The notes beneath the pieces are model-generated. The model was not told the DNA's origin. It saw only the letters and a list, made by a program, of their open reading frames with translations, and ran no database searches. A stretch of DNA of 64,000 nucleotides from Candidatus Latescibacterota bacterium (GTDB lineage Bacteria > Latescibacterota > UBA2968 > UBA8231). Shown here one piece after another: positions 30,151-40,101 of this stretch. Positions within the stretch are counted from its first letter, which is position 1. Each line of letters begins with the position of its first letter. Position numbers and translations under genes: made by a program. The stretch covers positions 2,880,001 through 2,944,000 of the forward strand of contig CBDFJF010000001.1 of assembly GCA_965248265.1 (NCBI GenBank), written 5' to 3'.

Positions 30151-31164
30151 GTGAAACACCGATTTGCCTTTGCCGGATTCGGCCACGCCCATATCGACGA
30201 GCTCTACAAACTCGTGCGCGACTCCACGGAGATCGAGCTCGCCGGTGCCTGCGAGCCCGACGGGCGTTTGCGCGCCGTTGCTGAGAACGATGGCATCGAG
30301 TTTACCCACCCGACCTACGAAGAGATGCTGGATTCCGTTGATTGTGACATCGTTGCCATCGGTGCCTATTTCGGAGCACGCGGCGGCATCGCCATCGACG
30401 CGTTGAACCGCGGCAAGCATGTCATCGCCGACAAGCCGTTGTGCATTCACCTCGAGGAATTGGAACAGATCGAAGCGCTGGCAGCCGAAAACGGCCTGCG
30501 GGTTGGCTGCATGCTGGGTATGCGGAGCCATCGCCCCTTCGCCGGGGTCCGCCACATGATCCAGCAAAGCGAACTCGGCGACATCCACGCCATCGCCATC
30601 GGAGGCCAACACCCGCTCAACATCGACACCCGCCCCTCCTGGTACTTCGAGAAGGGCAAACACGGCGGCACCATCAATGACATCTTCATCCACGCCGCCG
30701 ATGCGATCCCATGGGTGACCGGCTTGAGTTTCGAAACCGTTCAAGCTGCACGCTGTTGGAATGCCATGGCGCCACAGTACCCCCACTTCGAAGACGGGGC
30801 TCAGATGTTACTCACTTTGTCCAACGGCTGTGGTGTGCTCGCGGATGTCTCCTACTTCATGCCGTCCAAGGGCGGTTACGGTCTACCATACTACTGGCGT
30901 ATGACCTTCTTCGGATCCAAGGGTATCGCTGAAGTCTCGGCAGTCTCCGGCCAGATCGACATCACCCGGGATGGCTCTGTGGTCTCCGTCGACCCAGAGG
31001 GTGGCGAACCAGACGATTACCTTGCGGATTTTCTCAGCGACATGCATGGGACTGTGTCGGCAGAGAGCCTGAAGACGGAAGATGTACTGCGCGCAACGCG
31101 GGTTGCGTTGATGGTGCAAAAAGCAGCGGATGACGGGCGCGTTGGAGAACTGTTGCATTACTGA
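30151..31164 (+). CDS. Gfo/Idh/MocA family oxidoreductase
   Basis: FAGFGHAH, GKHVIADKPL, HGGTINDIFIH. Confidence 0.9.
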   Translation: MKHRFAFAGFGHAHIDELYKLVRDSTEIELAGACEPDGRLRAVAENDGIEFTHPTYEEMLDSVDCDIVAIGAYFGARGGIAIDALNRGKHVIADKPLCIHLEELEQIEALAAENGLRVGCMLGMRSHRPFAGVRHMIQQSELGDIHAIAIGGQHPLNIDTRPSWYFEKGKHGGTINDIFIHAADAIPWVTGLSFETVQAARCWNAMAPQYPHFEDGAQMLLTLSNGCGVLADVSYFMPSKGGYGLPYYWRMTFFGSKGIAEVSAVSGQIDITRDGSVVSVDPEGGEPDDYLADFLSDMHGTVSAESLKTEDVLRATRVALMVQKAADDGRVGELLHY

Positions 31165-31312
31165 CGCAGTGAGGTTTGTTACTAATTGAGCGATCGAAAA
31201 GGGCAAGCTGCGGGAGACCGCAGTACGTAAAGGAGCGGATCCTCCCGGAGCCACAGTGTGTTGGAAGCTGCGGAGTCGGATCTCGCGGGAGAGGACAGCC
31301 GCACTGCGCCCC

Positions 31313-31364
31313 TTGACATCGAGGCTCGAAGGTATTACTGTTTTGACGTATTGGTAATACCTTC
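31313..31364 (+). promoter_or_regulatory. Sigma-70 promoter with overlapping inverted-repeat operator of the RHH-PIN TA operon
   Basis: TTGACA (31313)-17 bp-TACTGT; perfect 11-bp IR GAAGGTATTAC (31328-31338) / GTAATACCTTC (31354-31364). Confidence 0.75.
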
Positions 31365-31378
31365 TATTTCAAGCCCAA

Positions 31379-31624
31379 ATGAAAACGCTGACCGTCAAAC
31401 TTCCCGAAGAACTGGATGCTGAGCTTACCACCGCCGCGGCGCAACGGGGTGAGAGTAAGTCCTTTCTCATAAGAGAGGCCATCGCCTCCTACATGCGCGA
31501 CGAAGGCGCCGGGAGCGCCGATGTATCCTGTGATGATCTGGCGCAGGACCTGGCCGGCTCTTTCTCCGGGCCGGTGGACCTGTCGCGGGACAGCAAGAAA
31601 TACATGAAGAGCTATGGTCGATGA
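31379..31624 (+). CDS. vapB: Ribbon-helix-helix (CopG) antitoxin, VapB-like
   Basis: MKTLTVKLPEELDAEL...GESKSFLIREAI; ATGA overlap with the PIN gene. Confidence 0.85.
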   Translation: MKTLTVKLPEELDAELTTAAAQRGESKSFLIREAIASYMRDEGAGSADVSCDDLAQDLAGSFSGPVDLSRDSKKYMKSYGR

Positions 31625-32040
31625 AGCAGGAGGTGCTGCTGGATACTGGCCCTCTTGTCGCCTACCTGAACCGCCGCGATGCCGACCATGCCTGGTCCCG
31701 GGCGCAGTGGCAACAGATCCGTCCGCCGCTACTCACCAATGAAGCTGTGCTTTCGGAGGCTTGTTTTCTGCTGGGTGAGTTTGGCGGTGACCCTAATTCG
31801 GTACTGAAGCTTGTCGAGCGTGATGTTATCCGCGTGTCATTCAGCGTCTCCAATCACATCGCCGTCGTCCGAAAATTGATTCGGAAGTACCGAACATCGC
31901 CGATGTCCTTCGCCGACGCTTGCCTGGTACGAATGAGTGAGTTGCATGCCGGATCACTCGTCTTCACCTTGGACAGCGATTTTCGCGTGTACCGACGCAA
32001 TGGCCGTCAGGTAATCCCGCTGCTTTTCCCACCTGCGTAA
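31621..32040 (+). CDS. vapC: PIN-domain toxin (VapC family)
   Basis: VLLDTGPLVA, EAVLSE, MSFADACLV, TLDSDFRVYR. Confidence 0.92.
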   Translation: MKQEVLLDTGPLVAYLNRRDADHAWSRAQWQQIRPPLLTNEAVLSEACFLLGEFGGDPNSVLKLVERDVIRVSFSVSNHIAVVRKLIRKYRTSPMSFADACLVRMSELHAGSLVFTLDSDFRVYRRNGRQVIPLLFPPA

Positions 32041-32116
32041 TTCCGTGTAGAATAGCATTGCGCTCGCGGCTGTCGGAAACTGCGGCTGTCGCACGCGCAC
32101 ACATAGTCCCACTCAA

Positions 32117-34120
32117 CTACCGCTGCATAAACACGGTCACCCTGTTACCGGTGCCCCCGGCGATCAGGTCGATGATGAGCCAGACGCCGGTGCAGACAAT
32201 CTGGCCCAGGATCAACCCCAGGAAGAACGGCCGCATGGCATTGTAGAGTTTGGCCCCGCCGTACTTGAGTACGATGGCCTTGATGAGGGAGCCAATGAAG
32301 ATGCTGAACCATGCCAGGCTGCTGATGTTGCTGGCGCTCACGGCGAAGCCGAGTGGATGCAGCGGCCACCACAGAAAGTGATGGCGCAGCAGGATCAGCC
32401 CTGCCATGAGGGCTCCGCCTATCGCCGTCCATAGTGCCCGCGGCCAGATGATGTCCGGCGTGGTCGAGAACGAAACCGGGTTGGCGATCTTGTAGCGGGC
32501 GAACTCGAAGGTGCTTTTCGCAGTCCAGGTGAAGAGTGGGCGTTCGAGATTGACCCCTCCGTACTCGTACGCGGCCCAAATGAGGAACACCAGCGAACTC
32601 ACCAGGCTGACGATGATGGCCAGCATGATGACCCAGAACAGGGGTCGCCGCAGTACGCCCACTCCCTGGGCCATTTTCATCGCATTGATGGCTGAGGCCA
32701 TGAGCAGAACGCGGAGGTAACCCGCCCACGTGAAGCTCAGCGCAAGGCTGAACACACCCGCGTGAGTGACCGTCGATGTCCCGGCAAAGTTGACGATGAG
32801 CGGTTGTGCCGGCATCGGCGGCATCATGAAACCCAGTCCGCCCTCGGCAACCAGACGAGCCATGAAGATGAAAATCGCGAAGGCCACCAGCAGGAAGGCG
32901 ACGGTGATGGCCATGGGGAGACCCGACAGGTAGAGCCAAACGGTTGTATAGGCGCCGCACAGTACCAGGATCGCCACCGCTGCCCGGTAGGAGAGGACCT
33001 CCTCGGTGTCGTCCACTCCCTTACCCGTTACCACCTTGCGCCAGACCTCGCGCAGATGGCCGCGGGCCGTCCATACTCCGAAAAGGACGAGAACGAACAT
33101 GGCGCCCGTGGTCATGAAGGCGACCAGGAGGGTGCCCTCCATGTAGCGCTCGATATCACCCTGGAGCCGGTAACCCGTCATCATCTGCCAACCCATGAAA
33201 CACTTGGTCACCAGGTGGAAAAACCAGAAGCCAACGGCGACCTGTAAGCTGAGCAGATAGGCGAAGCCGATGACGGTGAAGCTGAGGTTGAACACCAACC
33301 CGGTAGTTTCGCGAAACAGCAGCGCCACCGAATAGAAGTTCGGTTCTGGTATGACCGGAAAGTACTGGTGCAGCCCTCGGGCGCTGAGCAGGATGAACGG
33401 CACCGCGAAGCCGGCCCACATCACCGGATTCTTCAGAAACGGACTTACCCGGTCGCGGAGCCCCCCGGTATCCGTCATTTCCATCGGCAGCTGTACCAGT
33501 GGAAAGGCCAGACGCTCGTGTTCCACCCATTGACGGCGCACCAGCACCATGGCCGCGATCATCATCAGGTAGATGGCGATAATGAAGCTGATCCAGATGG
33601 ATAGGGGTCCTATCCACGCACCCCAGGGCACGGACCCGCCCGCCGGCAGCCCCTCGTAGAAATCCTTGATGGCACGAGGGTCCTGTGGCACCATCCAGCT
33701 CTTGATGAGCGGATGCAGCACCTCGGCCCAGTTGTTCTCCGGCGTCGCGAAGTAGTAGACCCCCGGCAAGGTGCCGACGAACAGACCCGAGAACCCCCAC
33801 GTCGGAATCGTCGAGGCAATGATGAGCATGATGTAGATGACGACGAGCTCATCACGCGCAAACCCCGAGTCACGACGCACCAGCTTCATGCAAGGATTCA
33901 CCAGCGCCATGAGGACGAAGAGAATGCAGATGGCTCCCGCGGTGATGTAATCGGCAGACATGCTGCCTTTGCCCAGAACCACACGGGTGTATGTGAAACC
34001 GACACTGATGACGAGGGACAGCAAAACCCCGGCGACCACCGAGCGGATGGTGATACGCCCGAACAGGCCGGAGCCAGCGGCGCTTTCTGTCGTGTGAGAA
34101 ACTTCGGCAGGTGGATTCAA
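32117..34120 (-). CDS. DUF6785/DUF6784-like polytopic membrane protein, paralog 2
   Basis: Many TM helices; YFATPEN, RRQWVEHERLAFPLVQLP, WWPLHPLG, RPFFLGLILG; start uncertain (TTG at 34120). Confidence 0.8.
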   Translation of the reverse strand: MNPPAEVSHTTESAAGSGLFGRITIRSVVAGVLLSLVISVGFTYTRVVLGKGSMSADYITAGAICILFVLMALVNPCMKLVRRDSGFARDELVVIYIMLIIASTIPTWGFSGLFVGTLPGVYYFATPENNWAEVLHPLIKSWMVPQDPRAIKDFYEGLPAGGSVPWGAWIGPLSIWISFIIAIYLMMIAAMVLVRRQWVEHERLAFPLVQLPMEMTDTGGLRDRVSPFLKNPVMWAGFAVPFILLSARGLHQYFPVIPEPNFYSVALLFRETTGLVFNLSFTVIGFAYLLSLQVAVGFWFFHLVTKCFMGWQMMTGYRLQGDIERYMEGTLLVAFMTTGAMFVLVLFGVWTARGHLREVWRKVVTGKGVDDTEEVLSYRAAVAILVLCGAYTTVWLYLSGLPMAITVAFLLVAFAIFIFMARLVAEGGLGFMMPPMPAQPLIVNFAGTSTVTHAGVFSLALSFTWAGYLRVLLMASAINAMKMAQGVGVLRRPLFWVIMLAIIVSLVSSLVFLIWAAYEYGGVNLERPLFTWTAKSTFEFARYKIANPVSFSTTPDIIWPRALWTAIGGALMAGLILLRHHFLWWPLHPLGFAVSASNISSLAWFSIFIGSLIKAIVLKYGGAKLYNAMRPFFLGLILGQIVCTGVWLIIDLIAGGTGNRVTVFMQR

Positions 34121-34127
34121 GAGCGGC

Positions 34128-36152
34128 TCAGTAGCGATAATGGAACACGGGCACGCGGCTGCCGGTGCCACCGGCAAACAAATCCAGGATCATCCAGAAG
34201 CCGGCGCAGGTAATCTGCCCAAGAATCATGCCCAGGAAGAATGGCCGCAACGCCAGGTACAACCGAACCCCTCCGTACTTGAGCAGGGAGGCTTTGATCA
34301 TCGAGCCGAGAAAGATGCTGAACCAGGCTCTGGACGTCACGTTGCTCGCACTCACGGCGAAGCCGAGCGGATGCAGCGGCCACCATAAGAAGTGGTGACG
34401 CAGATAGATCAAAACGCCCATCACCATGCCGCCGATGCTCGTCCACAGCGCCCTCGGCCACATGATGTCGGGAGTACCCGAGAACGACAGGGGGTTCTCT
34501 ATCTTGTAGGCGGCGAAGTCGACGGTGTTGCGGGCGTTGTTGGTGAAGAACCAGGGCTCTAGATTGGCAGCTCCCTCCTGGTAACAGAGCCAGATGATGA
34601 TCCCCAGAGAGCTTACCAGGCTCACCAGCATGGCCACGATCATGACCCAGAACAGGGGCCGTTTCAGAATGCCGACTCCCTGAGCCATCTTCATCCCGTT
34701 GATGGCCGAGGCCATGAGCATGATCCGGACGCTGCCGGCCCAGCTGAAACTGAGAGCCATGCTAAAAATTCCAGCGTCAGTGACTGTAGTCGTTCCGGCG
34801 AAGTTCATGACAATCGTCTGAGCCGACATCTGCGGCTGCATGAAGCCGATCCCACCTTCGGCGACCAGGCGCGCCATGAAGATGAAAATGGCGAAGGCGA
34901 CGATGAAGAACAGGAGGGTGATGATGATGGGGACACCACTCATGTTCAGCCAGATCGTTACATAGATCCCGCAGACGACGAGAATGGCGGCCGCAGCACG
35001 GTAGGAGAGGATCTCCTCACTGTCGTCGACACCGGTCCCGGTAATGACCTTTCGCCAGATCGCTTTGAGGTGGCTGCGGCTGACCCAGGCCCCGAACGCC
35101 ACCAGCACCAGCATGGCCCCCATGCCCTGGTATGCCAGCATGAGGGTCCCTTCCATGAAGCGCTCGATCTCACCCTGGAGGCGGTAGCCGATCAGGTACT
35201 GCCAGCTCATCTGCGCCTTGGCCAGCAGGTGAAAGAACCAGAAGCTGGAGGCCACGTGCAGGCTGAGCAGGTAGGCCAGACCGATCACGGTGAAACTGAG
35301 ATTGATCTCGACGCTCGCCTGCTGGCGGAACAGCTTCGCTCTCGCGTAGAGCTCGGGGTCCGGTACAACAGGGAAGTACTGGTGCAAACCCTTCATGCTC
35401 AGCACGCAAAAAGCCAGCGCGAAGCCCGTCCACATCACCGGGTTTTTGAAGAACGGACCCAGGACCTGGTTGGCCCTGCCGGTCTCGGCCATTTCCAGGG
35501 GCAGCTGAACCAGGGGGAATGCCAGGCGCTCGTGCTCCACCCATTGGCGCCGGATCAGAACCATGCAGGCGATCATCATCAGGTAGATGGCGATGATGAA
35601 GGTACCCCAGGCCAGCATCGGTACCGCCCATGCTACCCACGGTACCGAGCCGCCCACCGGCAACCCCTCGAAGAAGCTCTTGATCGCCTCCTCGTCCTGC
35701 GGCACCATCCATGGCTTGATCAGAGGATAAAGGATGTCCACCCATCTGTTTTCCGGCGACGCGAAGTAATAGACGGCCGGCAGCATGGGGATCAGGTTGG
35801 CCGAGAACCCCCACGTCGGAATCGTCGAGGCGATGATGAGCATGATGTAGATGACGGCCAGCTCGGCGCGGTCGAAGGCCCAGCTCTGGCGGACCAGCCG
35901 CGTGCAGGGATTGAGCAGCACCGTGACGCCGAAGAACACGAATATGGCCCCGGCCGTGATGAAGTCGGAGTTCATGCCGGTCGTTAAGAAAACCACGCGG
36001 GTGTAGGTGAAACCGACGCTGACGATCAGACTCAGCAACGCGCCGGTGATCACCGAGCGGATGGTGATGTGACCGTGCTGAGTACCGGAGGAGCCTGGCG
36101 ATGGAGCAGGTGACGGTGTGGGTGTTGGTGAAGTTGGGGAAGGAGGAGGCAT
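34128..36152 (-). CDS. DUF6785/DUF6784-like polytopic membrane protein, paralog 1
   Basis: Same motifs (RRQWVEHERLAFPLVQLP, WWPLHPLG, RPFFLGMILG); Pro/Ser/Thr-rich N-terminus. Confidence 0.8.
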   Translation of the reverse strand: MPPPSPTSPTPTPSPAPSPGSSGTQHGHITIRSVITGALLSLIVSVGFTYTRVVFLTTGMNSDFITAGAIFVFFGVTVLLNPCTRLVRQSWAFDRAELAVIYIMLIIASTIPTWGFSANLIPMLPAVYYFASPENRWVDILYPLIKPWMVPQDEEAIKSFFEGLPVGGSVPWVAWAVPMLAWGTFIIAIYLMMIACMVLIRRQWVEHERLAFPLVQLPLEMAETGRANQVLGPFFKNPVMWTGFALAFCVLSMKGLHQYFPVVPDPELYARAKLFRQQASVEINLSFTVIGLAYLLSLHVASSFWFFHLLAKAQMSWQYLIGYRLQGEIERFMEGTLMLAYQGMGAMLVLVAFGAWVSRSHLKAIWRKVITGTGVDDSEEILSYRAAAAILVVCGIYVTIWLNMSGVPIIITLLFFIVAFAIFIFMARLVAEGGIGFMQPQMSAQTIVMNFAGTTTVTDAGIFSMALSFSWAGSVRIMLMASAINGMKMAQGVGILKRPLFWVMIVAMLVSLVSSLGIIIWLCYQEGAANLEPWFFTNNARNTVDFAAYKIENPLSFSGTPDIMWPRALWTSIGGMVMGVLIYLRHHFLWWPLHPLGFAVSASNVTSRAWFSIFLGSMIKASLLKYGGVRLYLALRPFFLGMILGQITCAGFWMILDLFAGGTGSRVPVFHYRY

Positions 36153-36300
36153 GATCCGGTTCGTTACCGTGTCAATTTGGTTGCTCGGGTTTGAACTGTT
36201 GCCTCGACTGTCCTTGCACTGTACGGTACCGCTTAGGCGCTAAGATGACGTAACCGAGAGAGCGCTACAAGCTGGTTTCTGGCTTCAGAGGGAGCTTGAC

Positions 36301-37134
36301 TTGAACCCGATCGACCTGCGTACCCGACTGCGTGATGGCGAACGCTTCCTCCTCGACGGCGGCGTCGGTTCCGAGCTGACACGTCTGGGCCTTGAGCACC
36401 GGCCCGGCGTCATTCACGGTCCGGAGGTGACCCGTAAGGTACATGAGAACTATCTGGGAGCCGGTGTTGATCTACTGACGACAGACACCTTCACCACCAA
36501 CCGCTACGTCCTGCGCCGGTTCGGCCACCCCGAAGAGCGCATGGCCGAGTTCACCCGCCAGGCGGTCGAGATCGCCCGTGAAGCGCGGGATCGAATCAAT
36601 CCGAAGGCGCTGATCGTCGGCAGTATGTCGGGTCCTGGATTCGAGAATATTGAACAGGAGTACGCCGATCAGGCCGAGGCGCTTGTTGCCGGCGGCGTCG
36701 ACATCCTGCAGCCGGAGTACACTTCTTTCATTAACTGCGCTCCGGCCGTGCGCGCTGCATCGCGGAGTGGCTTGCCTGTCTTTCTCGGCGTCCGGCATGT
36801 GACCGAGAAAGGCCTCTTGGACACCGGACACACCATCCAGGAAGTCATCGACTCCCTCGACGGCAACCTGCCCGATGCCATTCTGTTGATGTGCAGCCCA
36901 CCCGAGGCGATCTCAATATCTCTTCCGGTACTGCGACAAGCATTCGATGGCGCGATCGGAGGCTATGCCAACATCCTGCATCGGTGGGATGAACTCACGC
37001 CGGAGCGCTATGCCGAGTTCGGACGCGGATGGATCCGCGACCACGGCGCCCAGATCATGGGTGGGTGTTGCGGCACCCGGCCAGAGCACATCGCCGGCCT
37101 GCGCTCCGTGGTGAATGAGGCTATCCCCGAATGA
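36301..37134 (+). CDS. Homocysteine S-methyltransferase family protein
   Basis: LLDGGVGSEL, VHENYLGAG, LMCS, GGCCGTRPEHI (Zn ligands). Confidence 0.9.
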   Translation: MNPIDLRTRLRDGERFLLDGGVGSELTRLGLEHRPGVIHGPEVTRKVHENYLGAGVDLLTTDTFTTNRYVLRRFGHPEERMAEFTRQAVEIAREARDRINPKALIVGSMSGPGFENIEQEYADQAEALVAGGVDILQPEYTSFINCAPAVRAASRSGLPVFLGVRHVTEKGLLDTGHTIQEVIDSLDGNLPDAILLMCSPPEAISISLPVLRQAFDGAIGGYANILHRWDELTPERYAEFGRGWIRDHGAQIMGGCCGTRPEHIAGLRSVVNEAIPE

Positions 37135-37690
37135 AATCGGCGACGGCTTTTCCAAGAACAGCATAGCCTTCATCCGAGAAGTGGACCCCATCCTGGCTCA
37201 GGATCTTCTCGGGCCCCGCCTTCACGACGACGGCGTTGAGATCGTTGATCTCCAGCTCCAGTATCCGCGCCTGGTCGAGCAGGCCCTCGTTGTAGGTGTT
37301 CACATCGACGGCGAAGCGGCGGAAGTCTCCAAGTTCCTCGTGAATACGATTGTGCCACTCTTCGTCCAGCGGTGTCGTTGTCGCCCAGATCAACCGCGCA
37401 TTCGTATCTGTCCTGATGCGCTCCGTGATGGTGCGGATGTTGCGGTAGTAACCCTCGAGTGTGACCTGGTTCGCCGTCGAGCCAAAGGGTCGGCGCAGAT
37501 CATGGAGCCCGACGTTGATGTGGACGACATCCGGGGCGCGTTCGGTGACGCTGTCCAGGTACTCCAGCACCTTCTGGCTGGAGCCGCCGTTTTCGTCCGA
37601 CCCCCACACCTCGGCGAAACCGGTCAGCTCCGCCCGCACGTACTTCTGGTACCCCATGCGGATGGAGTCACCGATCAGGACGACATTCAT
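37121..37690 (-). CDS. SGNH/GDSL hydrolase
   Basis: LIGDSI, NVGLHD, WATTTP, DGVHF. Confidence 0.9.
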   Translation of the reverse strand: MNVVLIGDSIRMGYQKYVRAELTGFAEVWGSDENGGSSQKVLEYLDSVTERAPDVVHINVGLHDLRRPFGSTANQVTLEGYYRNIRTITERIRTDTNARLIWATTTPLDEEWHNRIHEELGDFRRFAVDVNTYNEGLLDQARILELEINDLNAVVVKAGPEKILSQDGVHFSDEGYAVLGKAVADFIRG

Positions 37691-37758
37691 GGTTCAATCT
37701 CCTGGCTTGGGATGCCTTCACAGCATCTCGTATCCGCTGCGAGGTGATGGGCATAGCC

Positions 37759-40071
37759 TCACTCTTCGCCGCTCTGTCCGCCGGCGAAGAAACTCGCTGC
37801 ATCCTGTGTAGTCCGAAACGCCTTCCGGAATGCCCGGGTTTCGTCCAGCAGGACGAGAAGCTTGTCGACGGCAGCGGACGCATCAACCACAGCACACCGC
37901 TCGAACAGGATCTCTCCAACCGCATCGCGCGTCGCCCGTACCCCCATCGCCGGCAGCACCTCCAACCCGGCGACCACCGTGCGCTCGCTGTGCGCCATGG
38001 CGCCGGCCAGTTTCTGCAGGGAGCTGCGACCTTGGTATTCAGCTAGCGTGTATTTCACCAGGCCACCCAACCGCTGCGTAAATGCCTCGTAAGAATCGAC
38101 GCCTTGATCCTTCGCGAACACGTAGATCTCTTCTGGCTTCACCCGCTCCAACACCATAGCGACCTCTCCCCGGCCCGGCGGGGCGCTCCAGACTACCAGT
38201 GTGCTACCTGTCGTCAACTCCGCTCGCGGCTTCGCCCTTTCGTGCTCAACTGCTTCACCCCAGATCTGCGGGTCTGCGGTTTCAGCAATAATCTCATCCA
38301 GCTTCTCGAGCGGGGCTGACTCCGCTCTGAAATCGTAGACAACGGCCTTTGTCCCCGCACTCTCCCCACCTTCCGCTCTTCCCGACCGCTCAAAGTCCTG
38401 CAAGGTGATCGACAGCGTCTGTTTCCCGCGGAAGAAACCGGGTCGCACGCGCACGACCATGTCCAAGCGTCCGTTTGGCAGGGCTTCATCGGCGCTGCTC
38501 CACCACAGGACCTCGCACTTGTGTCCGGCAAGGTCGCTGACGACCAGTTTTCGATGGGCCTTGTCCTTGCCGATCGGCCGGTCCTCTTCTACTTGCAGGC
38601 CAGGGCAGAGGATGTTGACGGGGGGATTCCCGGGGCCGAACGGCGCCAGCGCTTCCAACTGCAGGGCGGTGTCGAGGGTCAGCTCCTCCAGCGGCAGCTC
38701 GAGCTCGATGTCGACGGTCGGCTCCGGCGTTCGGCCCGTGCGCTGATCGATGAGGGCTTTTGACACACCGCGTCGGAACGCCTCGACGTTCCCCGCATCC
38801 AGCGATAACCCGGCTGCCATCGGATGGCCCCCGAAGCCCATCAGGATGTCGGATTGAGTCGCGATAGCTCGAGTGATGTGATAGCCCTCGACCGAGCGCG
38901 CCGATCCGCGTGCCGGTTTACCCTCCGGCGTCGTCAGCATGATCGTTGGTTTGCCGAACTCCTCCACCAGGCGACTGGCGACGATGCCGATGACACCCTC
39001 GTGCCACAGCGGATTGGCCAACACAAGAGCAGCGTACTGCCGCAGAGAAGGCTCCTGCTGCACCTGCGCCGCGGCCGAATCGTAGACGACGGAGGTCTCG
39101 AACTTGCGCTCTTCATTCAGACGCTCGAGCTGGTCGGCGATCTCCTTTGCCTGCGCTTCGTCCGTCGTCGTCAGCAGCGGTACCGAGACGTTGGCATCCG
39201 ACAACCGGCCGACCGCGTTGAGCCTCGGGCCAATCTGGAAACCGATGTCCTCGTCGTTGAGCAGATCCATTTTGACTCCGGCGTTGTCGGCCAGAGCCAG
39301 AAAACCGGGTCGCTCCGTCGAACGCAACACCTCCAGGCCGCGCTGCAGCAGGTAGCGGGTATCCCGTCGTTGGAGTGCCAGGTCTGCGACGATGCCGACC
39401 GCCACCAGGTCCAGGCAGCTCTCCAGCTCAACCGCGCGTCCGGCGCGCGTGAACAGCGCTTCGATGATCTTGTAAGCCACGCCTACGCCGGGAAGACCAC
39501 TCAATGGGTCATCTTCGGCATGGAACTTCGGATTGATCAGGGCGAAAGCCTTGGGCAACTCGTCAGGCAGGTCATGGTGGTCCGTTATTACGACATCGAT
39601 GCCGGCCTCGTGGGCAAAGGCGACGCTATCGACGGCGGCAATCCCGGTATCGCATGTGACCAGCAGGTCGAAACCCTTTTCGATGTAGCGCTGCAGGACC
39701 TGCGGCTGCACACCGTGCGACTCGTGCTGGCGGACCGGAATGTGGTAGGAAACATTACCCCCAATCCGCTCCAGCATGGAAACAAGCAATGACGTCGACG
39801 TCTGCCCGTCGACATCGAAATCACCCCAGACCAGAATGCGCTCGTTGTTGCGGATCGCCCGTTCGATCCGTTCGACACCGATCACCAGGTCGTGCAAGGT
39901 CTCTGGAGCGGCAGGGGTGTAGGCATCCGGATCCAGAAACGGCCGCACCTGTTCGGGGTCATCCATGCCGCGACCGGCCAGGACCTGCGCCACCAGTGGC
40001 CGGCCCGAAGTCGCATCGAGCAAAGACTGCGAGACCTCGGCGGCCCGGATGGGATTCCACTTGAGGTTCAT
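37759..40071 (-). CDS. recJ: Single-stranded-DNA exonuclease RecJ with C-terminal extension
   Basis: WGDFDVDG, TCDTG, TDHH, GIVAD, GPRLNAVGR, GSARS, FGGHPMAAG, LAPFGPGNP. Confidence 0.95.
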   Translation of the reverse strand: MNLKWNPIRAAEVSQSLLDATSGRPLVAQVLAGRGMDDPEQVRPFLDPDAYTPAAPETLHDLVIGVERIERAIRNNERILVWGDFDVDGQTSTSLLVSMLERIGGNVSYHIPVRQHESHGVQPQVLQRYIEKGFDLLVTCDTGIAAVDSVAFAHEAGIDVVITDHHDLPDELPKAFALINPKFHAEDDPLSGLPGVGVAYKIIEALFTRAGRAVELESCLDLVAVGIVADLALQRRDTRYLLQRGLEVLRSTERPGFLALADNAGVKMDLLNDEDIGFQIGPRLNAVGRLSDANVSVPLLTTTDEAQAKEIADQLERLNEERKFETSVVYDSAAAQVQQEPSLRQYAALVLANPLWHEGVIGIVASRLVEEFGKPTIMLTTPEGKPARGSARSVEGYHITRAIATQSDILMGFGGHPMAAGLSLDAGNVEAFRRGVSKALIDQRTGRTPEPTVDIELELPLEELTLDTALQLEALAPFGPGNPPVNILCPGLQVEEDRPIGKDKAHRKLVVSDLAGHKCEVLWWSSADEALPNGRLDMVVRVRPGFFRGKQTLSITLQDFERSGRAEGGESAGTKAVVYDFRAESAPLEKLDEIIAETADPQIWGEAVEHERAKPRAELTTGSTLVVWSAPPGRGEVAMVLERVKPEEIYVFAKDQGVDSYEAFTQRLGGLVKYTLAEYQGRSSLQKLAGAMAHSERTVVAGLEVLPAMGVRATRDAVGEILFERCAVVDASAAVDKLLVLLDETRAFRKAFRTTQDAASFFAGGQSGEE

Positions 40072-40101
40072 GAGGGGTGGATGCGCTTCAGGTGAGGGTG
40101 C

